DNA of 64,000 nt from Candidatus Poribacteria bacterium (GTDB lineage: Bacteria > Poribacteria > WGA-4E > PCPOR2b): positions 5,600,001-5,664,000 of the forward strand of contig OZ244587.1 of NCBI GenBank assembly GCA_965218095.1. Reading direction: 5' to 3'. Below, piece by piece: positions 40,122-49,357 of the stretch (positions within the stretch are counted from its first letter, which is position 1; each line of letters begins with the position of its first letter). The notes below the pieces were generated by a model. That model was not told the origin of the DNA, did not search any database, and saw only the letters and a list, made by a program, of their open reading frames with translations. The position numbers were made by a program, and so were the translations under genes.

Positions 40122-40607
40122 ATGGACGGACACCCTGAAATCATCGAAGTGCTCAACGAAGTTTTGACGTCTGAACTCACCGCTATCAATCAGTATTTTG
40201 CCCATTCCGAAATCTGCGAAAACTGGGGATATGAGCGTCTCCATCAAGCGATACGCGAACATGCCATCGGAGAGATGAAGCACGCTGAAGAGCTCATTGC
40301 TCGTGTGCTCTATCTCAATGCCATGCCCAACATGGCACGCTATTTCGAGATTAAGATCGGCGCGAATGTCGAAGAGATGATGGTAAATGACCTCGCCCTT
40401 GAGAAAGAAGCGGTCGAGCGGCTTAATGAGTTTATCCAACTGGCCCATACCCACAAGGATTTCGGTTCGGAAGAACTTCTTGAGCAGATCCTCAAAGACG
40501 AGGAAGAGCATATTGACTGGATAGAGGCTCAACTCGACCAGATTGACCAAGTGGGCATCCAAAACTACCTCGCACAACAGATTATTTCTGACGAAGAGGG
40601 AGCATAA
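40122..40607 (+). CDS. bfr: Bacterioferritin
   Basis: ELTAINQYF.H, EMKHA (heme-ligand Met), EE.HIDW and G..NYL..Q motifs. Confidence 0.96.
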   Translation: MDGHPEIIEVLNEVLTSELTAINQYFAHSEICENWGYERLHQAIREHAIGEMKHAEELIARVLYLNAMPNMARYFEIKIGANVEEMMVNDLALEKEAVERLNEFIQLAHTHKDFGSEELLEQILKDEEEHIDWIEAQLDQIDQVGIQNYLAQQIISDEEGA

Positions 40608-40623
40608 TTGGCTCCCGTGCATG

Positions 40624-40693
40624 CTATAACGATTCCAGAAAAGCAATGAGCGCGTCCCTGTCGCTTATGGACATCTGTCGAGCTATCTCACGC
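40624..40693 (-). repeat. Diverged copy of the 3' end of the di-heme oxidoreductase gene
   Basis: Translates REIARQMSISDRDALIAFLESL*, versus REAVQQMSASDRDALIAFLESL* at 41682-41751. Confidence 0.85.
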
Positions 40694-40719
40694 AAGGCGA
40701 TTACAGCATCACCTCACAT

Positions 40720-41535
40720 TTAGTCATAAATAATCCAACCATGGCCTGACTTTTTGTTCTGTTTTAGTTCTTCAAAGCTTTCAATAATGTTCCTACTGTC
40801 ATATCTGACGATATTTTCATACCTGACAATGAACTTCGCGTAATACTTCAGTGCTTCCGCCTTGTATTTCACGGTACGTTGTTTGTCTTTTTCTGGGTCG
40901 TCACTGTTAATTTCGACGTGTCTGCTGTAGGGATCATCAGGATGGGCCAGCACCGCCCAAAGACCGTGATTGAGATGTGCAATATCGAGGTAAGCCATGT
41001 GGACCTCTGCAAGCCCGCTTTTCGCGTACTTCTCGACGTAGGCGTACCGGGCATTGAGAGATTCTTCGACAGCTTCACGGTCATTGTATCCCCGCGCAAT
41101 GAGATAGTATTCGGCGGCGGGACGCCAACTGCTGTCTGGATAAAGTGCAACCAAGCGTCTCAGAAAGCCGTAATGATACCAATAACTTGCACCGATTTCA
41201 TTGTAGGTGATATTTGCTCCTAGCCGATTTAGTGCCGCGGCTTTTTCCCACTTTACCCAATAATCCCCTGGCAGATCTCTATGCTCTTCATGAAATTCAT
41301 CAGTGAGAACTCTCATTAGCTGGCTAGAAAGCGTATTGGCAAGCCAGAGTGCTTCCTCTTGGTCCTCGCTTTTCTGATCGGCTGTCAACAGAGGTTCCAG
41401 AGCGACAAGCGCATCGTAAAATTTTAACTCTGTTATTAAAGCCTCAGCTTTATCGAGAGAGCTTTCATTATTGCCAAACGCTAGCGTCAAAGTGGCAAAA
41501 CAGAAAAAAATCACGAAAAATGCTCGACACTTCAT
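40720..41535 (-). CDS. Secreted alpha-helical hypothetical protein
   Basis: RBS GGAGG, signal peptide, 271 aa. Confidence 0.75.
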   Translation of the reverse strand: MKCRAFFVIFFCFATLTLAFGNNESSLDKAEALITELKFYDALVALEPLLTADQKSEDQEEALWLANTLSSQLMRVLTDEFHEEHRDLPGDYWVKWEKAAALNRLGANITYNEIGASYWYHYGFLRRLVALYPDSSWRPAAEYYLIARGYNDREAVEESLNARYAYVEKYAKSGLAEVHMAYLDIAHLNHGLWAVLAHPDDPYSRHVEINSDDPEKDKQRTVKYKAEALKYYAKFIVRYENIVRYDSRNIIESFEELKQNKKSGHGWIIYD

Positions 41536-41681
41536 CTTATACCTCCTTTGCGGTCAAAATCTGCGGACTTCTCAAACTCCGAGTCGATTAATTTCTCTCA
41601 GGTGCGGGAACTTTACCCCTACTGCGATTTTGATTTAATGCATTACCCAACGATGACATAATTGGAAACGAAAAAACCACA

Positions 41682-43082
41682 TCACAAAGATTCAAGAAAA
41701 GCGATGAGCGCGTCTCTGTCGCTTGCGGACATCTGCTGAACTGCCTCACGCGATTGTTCTGCTTCCCCGCCGTGCCATAGAATCGCCTCCAGTAACCCTC
41801 TTGCCCGACCGTCGTGGAGGAAGTTGGTGTGTCCGTTGACCACTTTGACCAGCCCGATACCCCACAGCGGCGGCGTGCGCCACTCCGAACCGCTCGCCAG
41901 AAAATCAGGGCGATTATCTGCCAACCCCGGACCCATGTCGTGCAGCAGCAGATCGGTGTACGGGTGAATCGTCTGGTTGGAAACCTCCGGCACATCCGAT
42001 AATGTCCCCGTCCGCAACGTCGGAATATGGCAACCGGAACATTGTGCACTCTCAAAAAGTTGCTCGCCACGTTGAATAAGCGGGTCGTCGAGATCACGTC
42101 GGGCAGGCACAGCAAGGGTTTGGACATAAAATGTTACCACATCCAAAATTTCATCGCTGAGTTCTGGGTCGTCACCCCGTCCGTCATATTGCGGTTGCCC
42201 AGCCGAATTTTCATTCGGTAGCAGCAAGGTTGTAATACCCATGTCGTCGTGGTAGGCGGAAGCGACCTGTTGAATCAGTGTTGGCTGATTCGCCTTCCAC
42301 CCGAATCGACCGAGATTCTGCCCATTCTCTTGGACATCCCAAACGAAATTCGCTTTCCCTGAGATCCCATCGCCATCCTGATCATCTTCGTCCGCTAAAG
42401 CGAGGATGGTTGATTCAGGTATTGCTTCGAGTAGTCCTAAGCCGAACACAACGGGCGCGACACGGGGCGAAAGTTCAACGTTGTCCGGTAACGGTTGATA
42501 CGCGTCTTCGATTTTGTAGTTCGGCGTCCGGAGATACACCTTCACCCCGTCGCTGGTCGTGAGTTCACCCTCGGTATAATTAATTGTTACCGTTCCTTCC
42601 GGGGGTACACCGAAGATCGCTCGGTTATTGAGTTGTGTGCCGAAACCGGGAACAGGCACGGGTCCGTGTGTGCCGTCTCCCTCTGGGTTCGGAAGACTCA
42701 CACGGAAAAGCATTGATGTGAGTTTTTCGCCCGATGTCGGCGCGCGGCCCCGCCCATCTCGCGCATGACAGTTGATGCACGAGATATTATTGTAAACCGG
42801 ACCGAGTCCCGGGTTGACTTCCGCCGGGACCGTGACAAAAACGGCTTCAAACTCAACATCACCCTCTAGGTGCTTTGCTAACCCGTCTGCCGAAAGATTT
42901 GGCGCGGGCGTCGAAAACGCGTGGCTCGTCGCGTCGAAAACCGTCGTCTCCCCGCCTGAAAGCCCTTTATCCGAAACGCTCATCTTCTCCGGATCGGTCA
43001 GATTGTCGGAACCGCAAGCGATGATCAGCATGCAGAGCAATACTATGGGGAACAGAATATATGAAAGATGGTTTGATTTCAT
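41682..43082 (-). CDS. Di-heme oxidoreductase family (DUF1111) lipoprotein
   Basis: Lipobox IIAC; GLGP.YN..SCINCH, GRFGWKA, CSGCH, TDLLLHDMG, WRTPPLWG and LHDGRAR motifs. Confidence 0.93.
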   Translation of the reverse strand: MKSNHLSYILFPIVLLCMLIIACGSDNLTDPEKMSVSDKGLSGGETTVFDATSHAFSTPAPNLSADGLAKHLEGDVEFEAVFVTVPAEVNPGLGPVYNNISCINCHARDGRGRAPTSGEKLTSMLFRVSLPNPEGDGTHGPVPVPGFGTQLNNRAIFGVPPEGTVTINYTEGELTTSDGVKVYLRTPNYKIEDAYQPLPDNVELSPRVAPVVFGLGLLEAIPESTILALADEDDQDGDGISGKANFVWDVQENGQNLGRFGWKANQPTLIQQVASAYHDDMGITTLLLPNENSAGQPQYDGRGDDPELSDEILDVVTFYVQTLAVPARRDLDDPLIQRGEQLFESAQCSGCHIPTLRTGTLSDVPEVSNQTIHPYTDLLLHDMGPGLADNRPDFLASGSEWRTPPLWGIGLVKVVNGHTNFLHDGRARGLLEAILWHGGEAEQSREAVQQMSASDRDALIAFLESL

Positions 43083-43099
43083 GATTTCAAACACAACGG

Positions 43100-43170
43100 G
43101 TATAACGCATAAAATAACCGGTATTTCAGAAGCGCAGCGTATTAAATGGCGGCTCGTTTTTTTGTTCGCC
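43100..43170 (-). other. Degenerate integron attC-like site
   Basis: Minus strand: GGCGAAC-AAAAAAA-CGAGCCG...CGCTGCGCTTC...CGGTTATTTT-ATGC-GTTATAC, an imperfect hairpin bounded by R''-like and R'-like cores. Confidence 0.55.
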
Positions 43171-44038
43171 TTCTGAATTTTATTAAGATGATTAGGGTCA
43201 AAACAGTAATAGCAAAAGCGATTATACCGTATTTGATGTGCCTTGTCGTGATATAGTATTCGTCTGTGCTAATCACTATTTTAGTTGAATTCGTTAAAAT
43301 TGAATGAAAATAGTCAAGCCTATCATTAATGAGCTCTTCTTTGTGATAACCATATGTTTTAGACAACTCCAGAATCTTTATTGCATCTTCTACAATGGTG
43401 GCATATGCGACGTAATGAGCTAAGTCAAATAGTAGACTCGCAACATATTTATCTTTCGGTTTGACAAAAAACATTCTTTCTTCAAGTTGGTAGTAAAGAC
43501 GATCAATTTTTTTATGGACGTTCTCAAAATTTAAATCAGAAAAATCGGGTTCACCGTCATTATGAAATCGCTGCTTTGACAGAATAAATTCTTCATTGGG
43601 TTGGTTAATTTTGTGATTCAGTATGCTTTGATGAATCCATTCTGAACCGTAATGAGATTCGGGGTTAGTTTTTACAGACATATCGATATACTTTTTTGCA
43701 TTCTGATAATCGCCTGCTAATTCGTAGATTGTACCTAAGTTCGCTTGGATTGTATATGAACTCGACGTATCATGTAGCTTTTGTAAAAGTGTAATCGCTT
43801 CAGAATAGTTCTCTGCTACAGTTAATCCGACAGCTCGGTTGATCTTGTTGTCTGATTGAAGCGCGTTTGTATATTGTATTTTTTTCTGAGCATAAATTGA
43901 ATCGATGTTATCAAAATTGATATGCTTGCCTTCAGTACGTAGATGTATTCCTGAAAGGAGCGTACCCTCCAACCACATACAGCCCAAACACTCTGATTGG
44001 ATGATTAAGAGACTCAGTACGATAAAAATCAGTTGCAT
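43142..44038 (-). CDS. AT-rich secreted TPR-like protein with C-terminal membrane anchor; putative gene cassette
   Basis: ANLGTIYELAG...NP.SH.GSEWIH; GTTAGCC immediately precedes the ATG; markedly AT-rich. Confidence 0.8.
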   Translation of the reverse strand: MQLIFIVLSLLIIQSECLGCMWLEGTLLSGIHLRTEGKHINFDNIDSIYAQKKIQYTNALQSDNKINRAVGLTVAENYSEAITLLQKLHDTSSSYTIQANLGTIYELAGDYQNAKKYIDMSVKTNPESHYGSEWIHQSILNHKINQPNEEFILSKQRFHNDGEPDFSDLNFENVHKKIDRLYYQLEERMFFVKPKDKYVASLLFDLAHYVAYATIVEDAIKILELSKTYGYHKEELINDRLDYFHSILTNSTKIVISTDEYYITTRHIKYGIIAFAITVLTLIILIKFRRRTKKRAAI

Positions 44039-44104
44039 AGGCTAACTCTTATTTACGCAAAGGTGTGTTGTTGGGTTTCGTGCCTCAAGCTGGTGATGTT
44101 CTCC

Positions 44105-44745
44105 CTACAACTTACGTGCTACTGCCATGATATGCGCACTCACACCGAGCAAATACGGTTCACTTTCAAGTTGACGGACAATCTTCAATAACCATTCGCG
44201 CCGTTCTTTCACCTGCCAATAATCGGCGAAATCTTTAACAAGCCTTGCCGGACCTTCTATGGCAAGCAGTGATTCAAGTTGGAAACCCGCTTCGGAGACC
44301 TCTGCTGCGAGTTCATCAGGATGGTGGAAAAATGACGTTGTGAAATAACTCGGATCGTCGGTCAGGTTACGATGTTGACCATCCTGTAAATCCCGTTCAA
44401 TGAGCGGTACAAATACCGCATCCGTCATCATTCCCTCAGTCAGGCAATTAATCGTAGAAATAAAGCGCGAAATGCCCACCGCCATGAGGAGGCCATTTGG
44501 ATGTAACACGCGGTGCGACTCCTCAAGTGCTTTAAGCCGATCGACTCGCTCGGTCAAATGGTACAAAGGCCCGAGTAGGAGAACGACATTGACGCTCTGG
44601 TCGTCATAATCAAGATGACGCGCATCACCGACAATGATTCTCTCAAGTGGACAATCCGGTTGTTGTTTGGCAGCCTCTTGAGCCTGCTGAATATGACGGG
44701 GTACAGCATCAATGAGATGAACCGTATAATGAGTTGAAAAGCCAA
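44105..44745 (-). pseudogene. Class I SAM-dependent methyltransferase lacking its N-terminus
   Basis: V.LID.VP.H, GDAR.L and VLLLGPLYHL motifs are present; the GxGxG motif I and a real start are missing. Confidence 0.75.
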
Positions 44746-44832
44746 AACACGTAAACGAAGGCAACTTACCAGCCGTTTAGAAGCGAAATTTCGTCTAACG
44801 GGTCGTTAGACATCTCAGAAAGGAAGACATCC

Positions 44833-45258
44833 ATGAATCACATTCATAGAACGCTTGCCGTGATTGCCGTCATGTTGGCAGCCGTTATTAGCGGCTGTTC
44901 AAGTGATGACAATCAGGGCGAGAACGGCGAAGAATCCGGCACTGAACTTGCGCTGAACGAGAACTACGATAATGTCAGAAACGGTGTCCGACTCATCTTG
45001 GCCTACGACGCACAAAGCAATTCTTTCAAAGGTACAGTGGAAAACACCACCGACAAAACCTTGAAGCAAGTTCGAGTTGAAGTCCACTTGTCAAACGGAA
45101 CAGAACTCGGACCAACAACTCCGGCTGATTTAGAACCCGGTGAAGAAAGAGACGTCGAACTAACGGCAACAAGCAAGGACTTTGACGGGTGGACTGCCCA
45201 TCCTGAAGTCGGAAGCGGCGAACATGGTCACGGCGAAGGGGACGGTGAGCATGATTGA
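44833..45258 (+). CDS. Small lipoprotein with Ig-like (FxLYD-like) domain and His-containing tail; putative gene cassette
   Basis: Lipobox ISGC and G.VENTT...L..V.VEV.L. Flanked by GTTAGAC (44805) and GCCTAAC (45279); opposite strand to the operon. Confidence 0.75.
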   Translation: MNHIHRTLAVIAVMLAAVISGCSSDDNQGENGEESGTELALNENYDNVRNGVRLILAYDAQSNSFKGTVENTTDKTLKQVRVEVHLSNGTELGPTTPADLEPGEERDVELTATSKDFDGWTAHPEVGSGEHGHGEGDGEHD

Positions 45259-45290
45259 GAAGGCCGACCGTGAACGCCGCCTAACGTCCG

Positions 45291-46418
45291 TTAATTGAAG
45301 TCACTATCTAACACCAACTTCAAGATATCGTCCTCTAGTGTCTGCTGAACCGTGCTGACCGCATCAATTGCTGCTTGGACAGCAGAACGCTGGGCAGTGA
45401 TTGAATTGCGGAAGGGGTCTGGAATCGCGCCAATGGTGTCAATGGCGGTCTGGACTTCAGTTTGGAATCTCGCGTCCAACTCGGCGTCCTTGCTCTTCAC
45501 AAATTCGTTGAGTCCCTGACCATCTGCGGTAAATTTACCCATGTAGACGTTTTGAATGCCGCGGATATTGTCTTGGAAGTCAGTAATCGAGTTGAAGCTA
45601 AACTGCGATTCGACGAGGGTTGTGTCCCGCTCATTGAACGGGGCAGAGATCTTGCCGTTGGCGACTTCATCAGCGATGACAATCATGCCGTTGACCATCT
45701 CCTGCATCGCGGCTTTCTGTGACTTATAGATCGTGCTTGAGGTGCCGGCGTTGGCGACCTCTGCGGCGAAATTCTCGCCTGCCATATCCCACGCGCTGCG
45801 CAACTGAGCGGTCTTCGCTTTCAGATTCTCCGTCGTTGCGACGAGGTATTCCAGTTCACGGGGGGTAATATCCGCCGCTTTTCGCTGATTGCCATCGCGG
45901 AACAGGAGATACTCGATGGTATGGAAGCCTTTCAGCGTGTCCTCAAGCCCATCAATTGCCCCTTCAGTCAACAAGTCGCCACTGGCAAGCACCGCGTTAA
46001 GGTCAACCCGATTGACTGGCCAGCTATCGAGCGCCGGGTCAAGCCCCTGTGTGTCAACCGGACCGAATAGGAACGCCTCACTCTGCTCCCACGGTCTCCG
46101 CGCTGCCTTCCACGCTGCCTGCGCCTTTTCCAAATTCGCTTGAGTTTTGTCCGCTTCCAACGCTTTGACAGCGGTCAGCAGTTCGTTCGCTTTGTTGTCT
46201 AGATCGGTGTAGGTGGCGAGCACAACGGTGTTAGCGAAGTCGTTTAGGGTCGTGGTTGCGTCAAAGGCAGATACAGTGTCTTCGCCGTTATCGTCGTCGT
46301 CGCTGCCACAACCGACGAGACCGCAACCGACGAGGAAAAGCGATGGGACCAGAAGGGTTGATAGGGTAAAGTAAAAGAATTGTGTAAGGTACTGTGTAAG
46401 GTACTGATTGAATCTCAT
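45291..46418 (-). CDS. Imelysin-family (IrpA/IcmP-like) iron-regulated lipoprotein
   Basis: AW..AR.PWEQSEAFLFGP, DSWP, GFHTIEYLLF (GxHxxE) and ES.FS.NS..DF..NI motifs. Confidence 0.93.
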   Translation of the reverse strand: MRFNQYLTQYLTQFFYFTLSTLLVPSLFLVGCGLVGCGSDDDDNGEDTVSAFDATTTLNDFANTVVLATYTDLDNKANELLTAVKALEADKTQANLEKAQAAWKAARRPWEQSEAFLFGPVDTQGLDPALDSWPVNRVDLNAVLASGDLLTEGAIDGLEDTLKGFHTIEYLLFRDGNQRKAADITPRELEYLVATTENLKAKTAQLRSAWDMAGENFAAEVANAGTSSTIYKSQKAAMQEMVNGMIVIADEVANGKISAPFNERDTTLVESQFSFNSITDFQDNIRGIQNVYMGKFTADGQGLNEFVKSKDAELDARFQTEVQTAIDTIGAIPDPFRNSITAQRSAVQAAIDAVSTVQQTLEDDILKLVLDSDFN

Positions 46419-46465
46419 TGGATTCCTCCTTTTTGATTTGAAACTTGTGCCCGCGAAAGCGGGGA

Positions 46466-47668
46466 TTAGTATTGAAACCCGAAGCCGAGTGCGAAGATGT
46501 TCTCCTTGTTATCAACTTCGGTGCCCAATCTCCGTGCTGAGTAATGTCCCTTAAAGACAAGCTGCGGATGCGGATGATAATTGGCACCAAATGTCCACGT
46601 CTGCCTTTCCCAGCGCGGATTATCAAAGATTTCACCTTCGACATCAGCCATCGTATCGTAGTTATCGTAACGGACGAACAGATCGAATACCGTCTCGGTA
46701 TTCAACGATGATTTGAAAAACGCAAGCAGATTGTAACCCACCTCAAGGTATCCCCCGAAGGCTCGGCGACCGACGGGCGTCCGCTTTACATTCAGGTTGT
46801 TTGAAAGGTTACGATTGGCTTTGGAGACGAGATCTGAGTTTTCGAGCGTTCCGTACAGAAACAGCCCGCGAACCTTCAACGCGCCGACTTCGTAAAATCC
46901 GTGCAGGTCAACGATCGAAACATGGGCGTCAGTCCGCAGGTCCGGTTTGGGGCGGTTGTCCGCACTGTCTCCATAGTAGGCGGAGATACCGACAACTGCC
47001 CCGTCCACGACTATGTAATCGATCCGACCGACGAGCGCGAAGTCTTCTGCATTGGTGGTCTCAAACCGCAGTTGATGCCCCCCGACAATCCAACGACGCG
47101 AGCTAAAGCCGGTGGAGTCCAGGCCGTTGACGACTTGCGCCTGATAGCTGAACGCGCCGATTTCGCCGAATAGCTCAATCCCGTTCTCATGCCAGATGGT
47201 TGGAATTAGGTTCGATTCCGATTCGGGGCGGGTGGTTGTGAAATAGTGTTGTGGGCGATGTCGCTTGGCAGTCAGACCGACCGGCACGATGATGTGCCCC
47301 ACCCGAAGGTTGAGTGCCGGACGGATCGCAAAGACAGCGGCAAGTTTCTCAACAATGACCTCACCCCCCTTTTCGACTTCCATCTCGAACTCGCCAAACT
47401 CCTCGAATTTGTCGAACTCCATCGTGATGCCGGTCCCACCGTGCTCAAACTCGATCTCCGCTTCAAGCCGGATGGTGTCATTCATCTGGTATTTCGGTGA
47501 GATGACAAACCGTTCCACATCAATGCTGGCACGTCGCTCAGGGTCGGTCTGCCAATCGAAGTTGGCATAGTTGATTGCCCCGTAGCCGAAGATTTGCAGA
47601 CGCTTGGAGTCAGCCGGTACGACTTGAGCCATCAAGAGTAGAAGAACAACACAACAGAAGACTCGCAA
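46466..47668 (-). CDS. Outer-membrane porin of imelysin iron-uptake clusters
   Basis: EIEFEHGGTG..E.E...E.G motif and C-terminal FALGFGFQY; TTG start with RBS GAGGGG. Confidence 0.82.
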   Translation of the reverse strand: MRVFCCVVLLLLMAQVVPADSKRLQIFGYGAINYANFDWQTDPERRASIDVERFVISPKYQMNDTIRLEAEIEFEHGGTGITMEFDKFEEFGEFEMEVEKGGEVIVEKLAAVFAIRPALNLRVGHIIVPVGLTAKRHRPQHYFTTTRPESESNLIPTIWHENGIELFGEIGAFSYQAQVVNGLDSTGFSSRRWIVGGHQLRFETTNAEDFALVGRIDYIVVDGAVVGISAYYGDSADNRPKPDLRTDAHVSIVDLHGFYEVGALKVRGLFLYGTLENSDLVSKANRNLSNNLNVKRTPVGRRAFGGYLEVGYNLLAFFKSSLNTETVFDLFVRYDNYDTMADVEGEIFDNPRWERQTWTFGANYHPHPQLVFKGHYSARRLGTEVDNKENIFALGFGFQY

Positions 47669-47685
47669 TTTTACCCCTCAGATTC

Positions 47686-47710
47686 ATTGAAATTGAGACT
47701 CAATTTCAAT
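47686..47710. promoter_or_regulatory. Perfect 25-bp palindromic Fur-like operator
   Basis: ATTGAAATTGAG-A-CTCAATTTCAAT directly upstream of the porin RBS; a second, weaker copy AATTGCTACTGAGACTCATTCGCAATT lies at 47777-47803. Confidence 0.8.
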
Positions 47711-47887
47711 GTGCTATTAAATAAAAACGGGCATACTCAGCCATTCTGTTTGCCCGATTGATGTTGGTGCTTCTCAAATTGCTACTGAGACTCATTCGCA
47801 ATTAAAACTCCATTATATTATAAATCGCAGCAAGGATTTTGTCAAGTTTTTTTTCAAATTATTAGCGAAGGAGGTGCGCGGTGTTAT

Positions 47888-48224
47888 AAAATCAAAACAA
47901 GCAGCAACTGCCGGGAGTATAATTCCTAGAAAAGGAAATGCCCAATGTTATCAGTATCATGTCTTGGGTTGGCAACCGAAAGAACGGTCTATCCACTCGC
48001 AATTCGAGCCTCAAGCGACTCTGATAGAGACGTAGGAATTCTATTCCGACGAGTGCATAGGTGCCCAGACTACTATCCTAAATGATTGCTCCGACGGAGG
48101 TTTCCTGACTCAAGCGGACCAGAACCTTTTCACCCAGATGGCGCAAAACAACGCGATAGGCACTCGCTGAGGCCGGTGCCTCGTAAACGGGCTCGCCGAC
48201 CGATATATCCTGTTTGTGCAGCTT
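47888..48224 (-). pseudogene. Internally deleted relic of a paralog of the gene at 7381-8318
   Basis: 47888-48070 aligns with 7377-7560, and 48081-48224 aligns with 7994-8139. Confidence 0.85.
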
Positions 48225-48288
48225 CAGACACTTTTTGAATCGCTTGCCGCCGGTTGTAAAGCGAACAACCCGGAGCAGAACTACGCCT

Positions 48289-48495
48289 CAAGTGACAGAC
48301 GAGATGATAACCGAATACCTCGAGGAACACCAAAATCACAAGAATCACGTTGATGATGACTTCACCATCGAATGACGACTTTCAGTCCGGCCGAACAAAC
48401 TTGGAGTCTGACAGCTTTGAGTCGGCTTCAGCCGAAACCACGACTTTCAGTCGATGAAAAAACCTATAGGCTTTTAGTCCATAGTGGTTTAGTTA
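48289..48495 (+). mobile_element. IS200/IS605 remnant (TnpA C-terminus plus right end)
   Basis: QVTDEMITEYLEEH...DDDFTIE* (stop at 48375), followed by two CGACTTTCAGTC units and a terminal hairpin. Confidence 0.65.
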
Positions 48496-48533
48496 AACCT
48501 CCTTATTTGTTGATAGTTGGAACACTTGTGTTG

Positions 48534-49310
48534 TTATCGTAGAACTTCAAGATGCTCGGGTTTAAAGAACTCGTCTCCGTTTTCCAAAGCACGCTGTGTA
48601 ATTATACGCATTGCTTCTGCGGCTTCATGATTTCCGTCTTTTTCAAACATATCGGCCACTTGTGAACCTATAGATACAGGAACTTTGCCATCCTCGGTTG
48701 TATGTGAGGCTATGAATTTACTCCTCTCAATCATACTGAAGGTATTACTACTGTCATCAGAGCTCAGTGTGCCTAATTCTTGCGAAATCCGAACAGTTTC
48801 CTCGAACAGCACGAGTGACTTTGGTATGTCTCTGGGGGCAACGCTACCGTCTTCACGTGCCATTGCCTCAAGTTGTGCTTGGATTTCAACCTGACGGTTT
48901 ATCAACGTTTGTCTCCGTAACTCCACAGCGGAGACCTGCGGACTAGTACTTGAATCTCCCACATCGTGTGTGTCTGAACTGGCTTCCTCGCTCTCATCTA
49001 CGCCATCTGCATCCCCTGTGTCAAGATGTGCATCTGTCGGATGCGTATCTGACAAGGTGGGACTCTCGCTGTCTTCAGAGGTTTGACTCTTGCTCGTTTC
49101 AGCTATCTGAGCACCTTGGTTACGCGAGCGCTCGCTAGGCAGATGTGAGTTCGGTTGGCTTTCCCGTTTTACCGGCTTGGTAACCTCATATACCGTGATA
49201 TTTTCGACGGATTTCCCTGTAATCATCAAATATGCGAGAAAGCCCACAAATCCGACAATCACAAAAACGCCGACGAATTTAACATATTTGCCTAAATGTT
49301 TTATAAGCAT
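48534..49310 (-). CDS. Hypothetical membrane-anchored protein with acidic/Ser-rich linker
   Basis: 258 aa with an N-terminal TM helix. Confidence 0.7.
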   Translation of the reverse strand: MLIKHLGKYVKFVGVFVIVGFVGFLAYLMITGKSVENITVYEVTKPVKRESQPNSHLPSERSRNQGAQIAETSKSQTSEDSESPTLSDTHPTDAHLDTGDADGVDESEEASSDTHDVGDSSTSPQVSAVELRRQTLINRQVEIQAQLEAMAREDGSVAPRDIPKSLVLFEETVRISQELGTLSSDDSSNTFSMIERSKFIASHTTEDGKVPVSIGSQVADMFEKDGNHEAAEAMRIITQRALENGDEFFKPEHLEVLR

Positions 49311-49357
49311 TATAATGGTCCCCTATATTCGGGCCAGGAGTTAAGTAAGAAATTAGG

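Noticed and set aside
39900-40646. 248-aa minus-strand ORF
   Set aside because: It is an antisense shadow of bfr.
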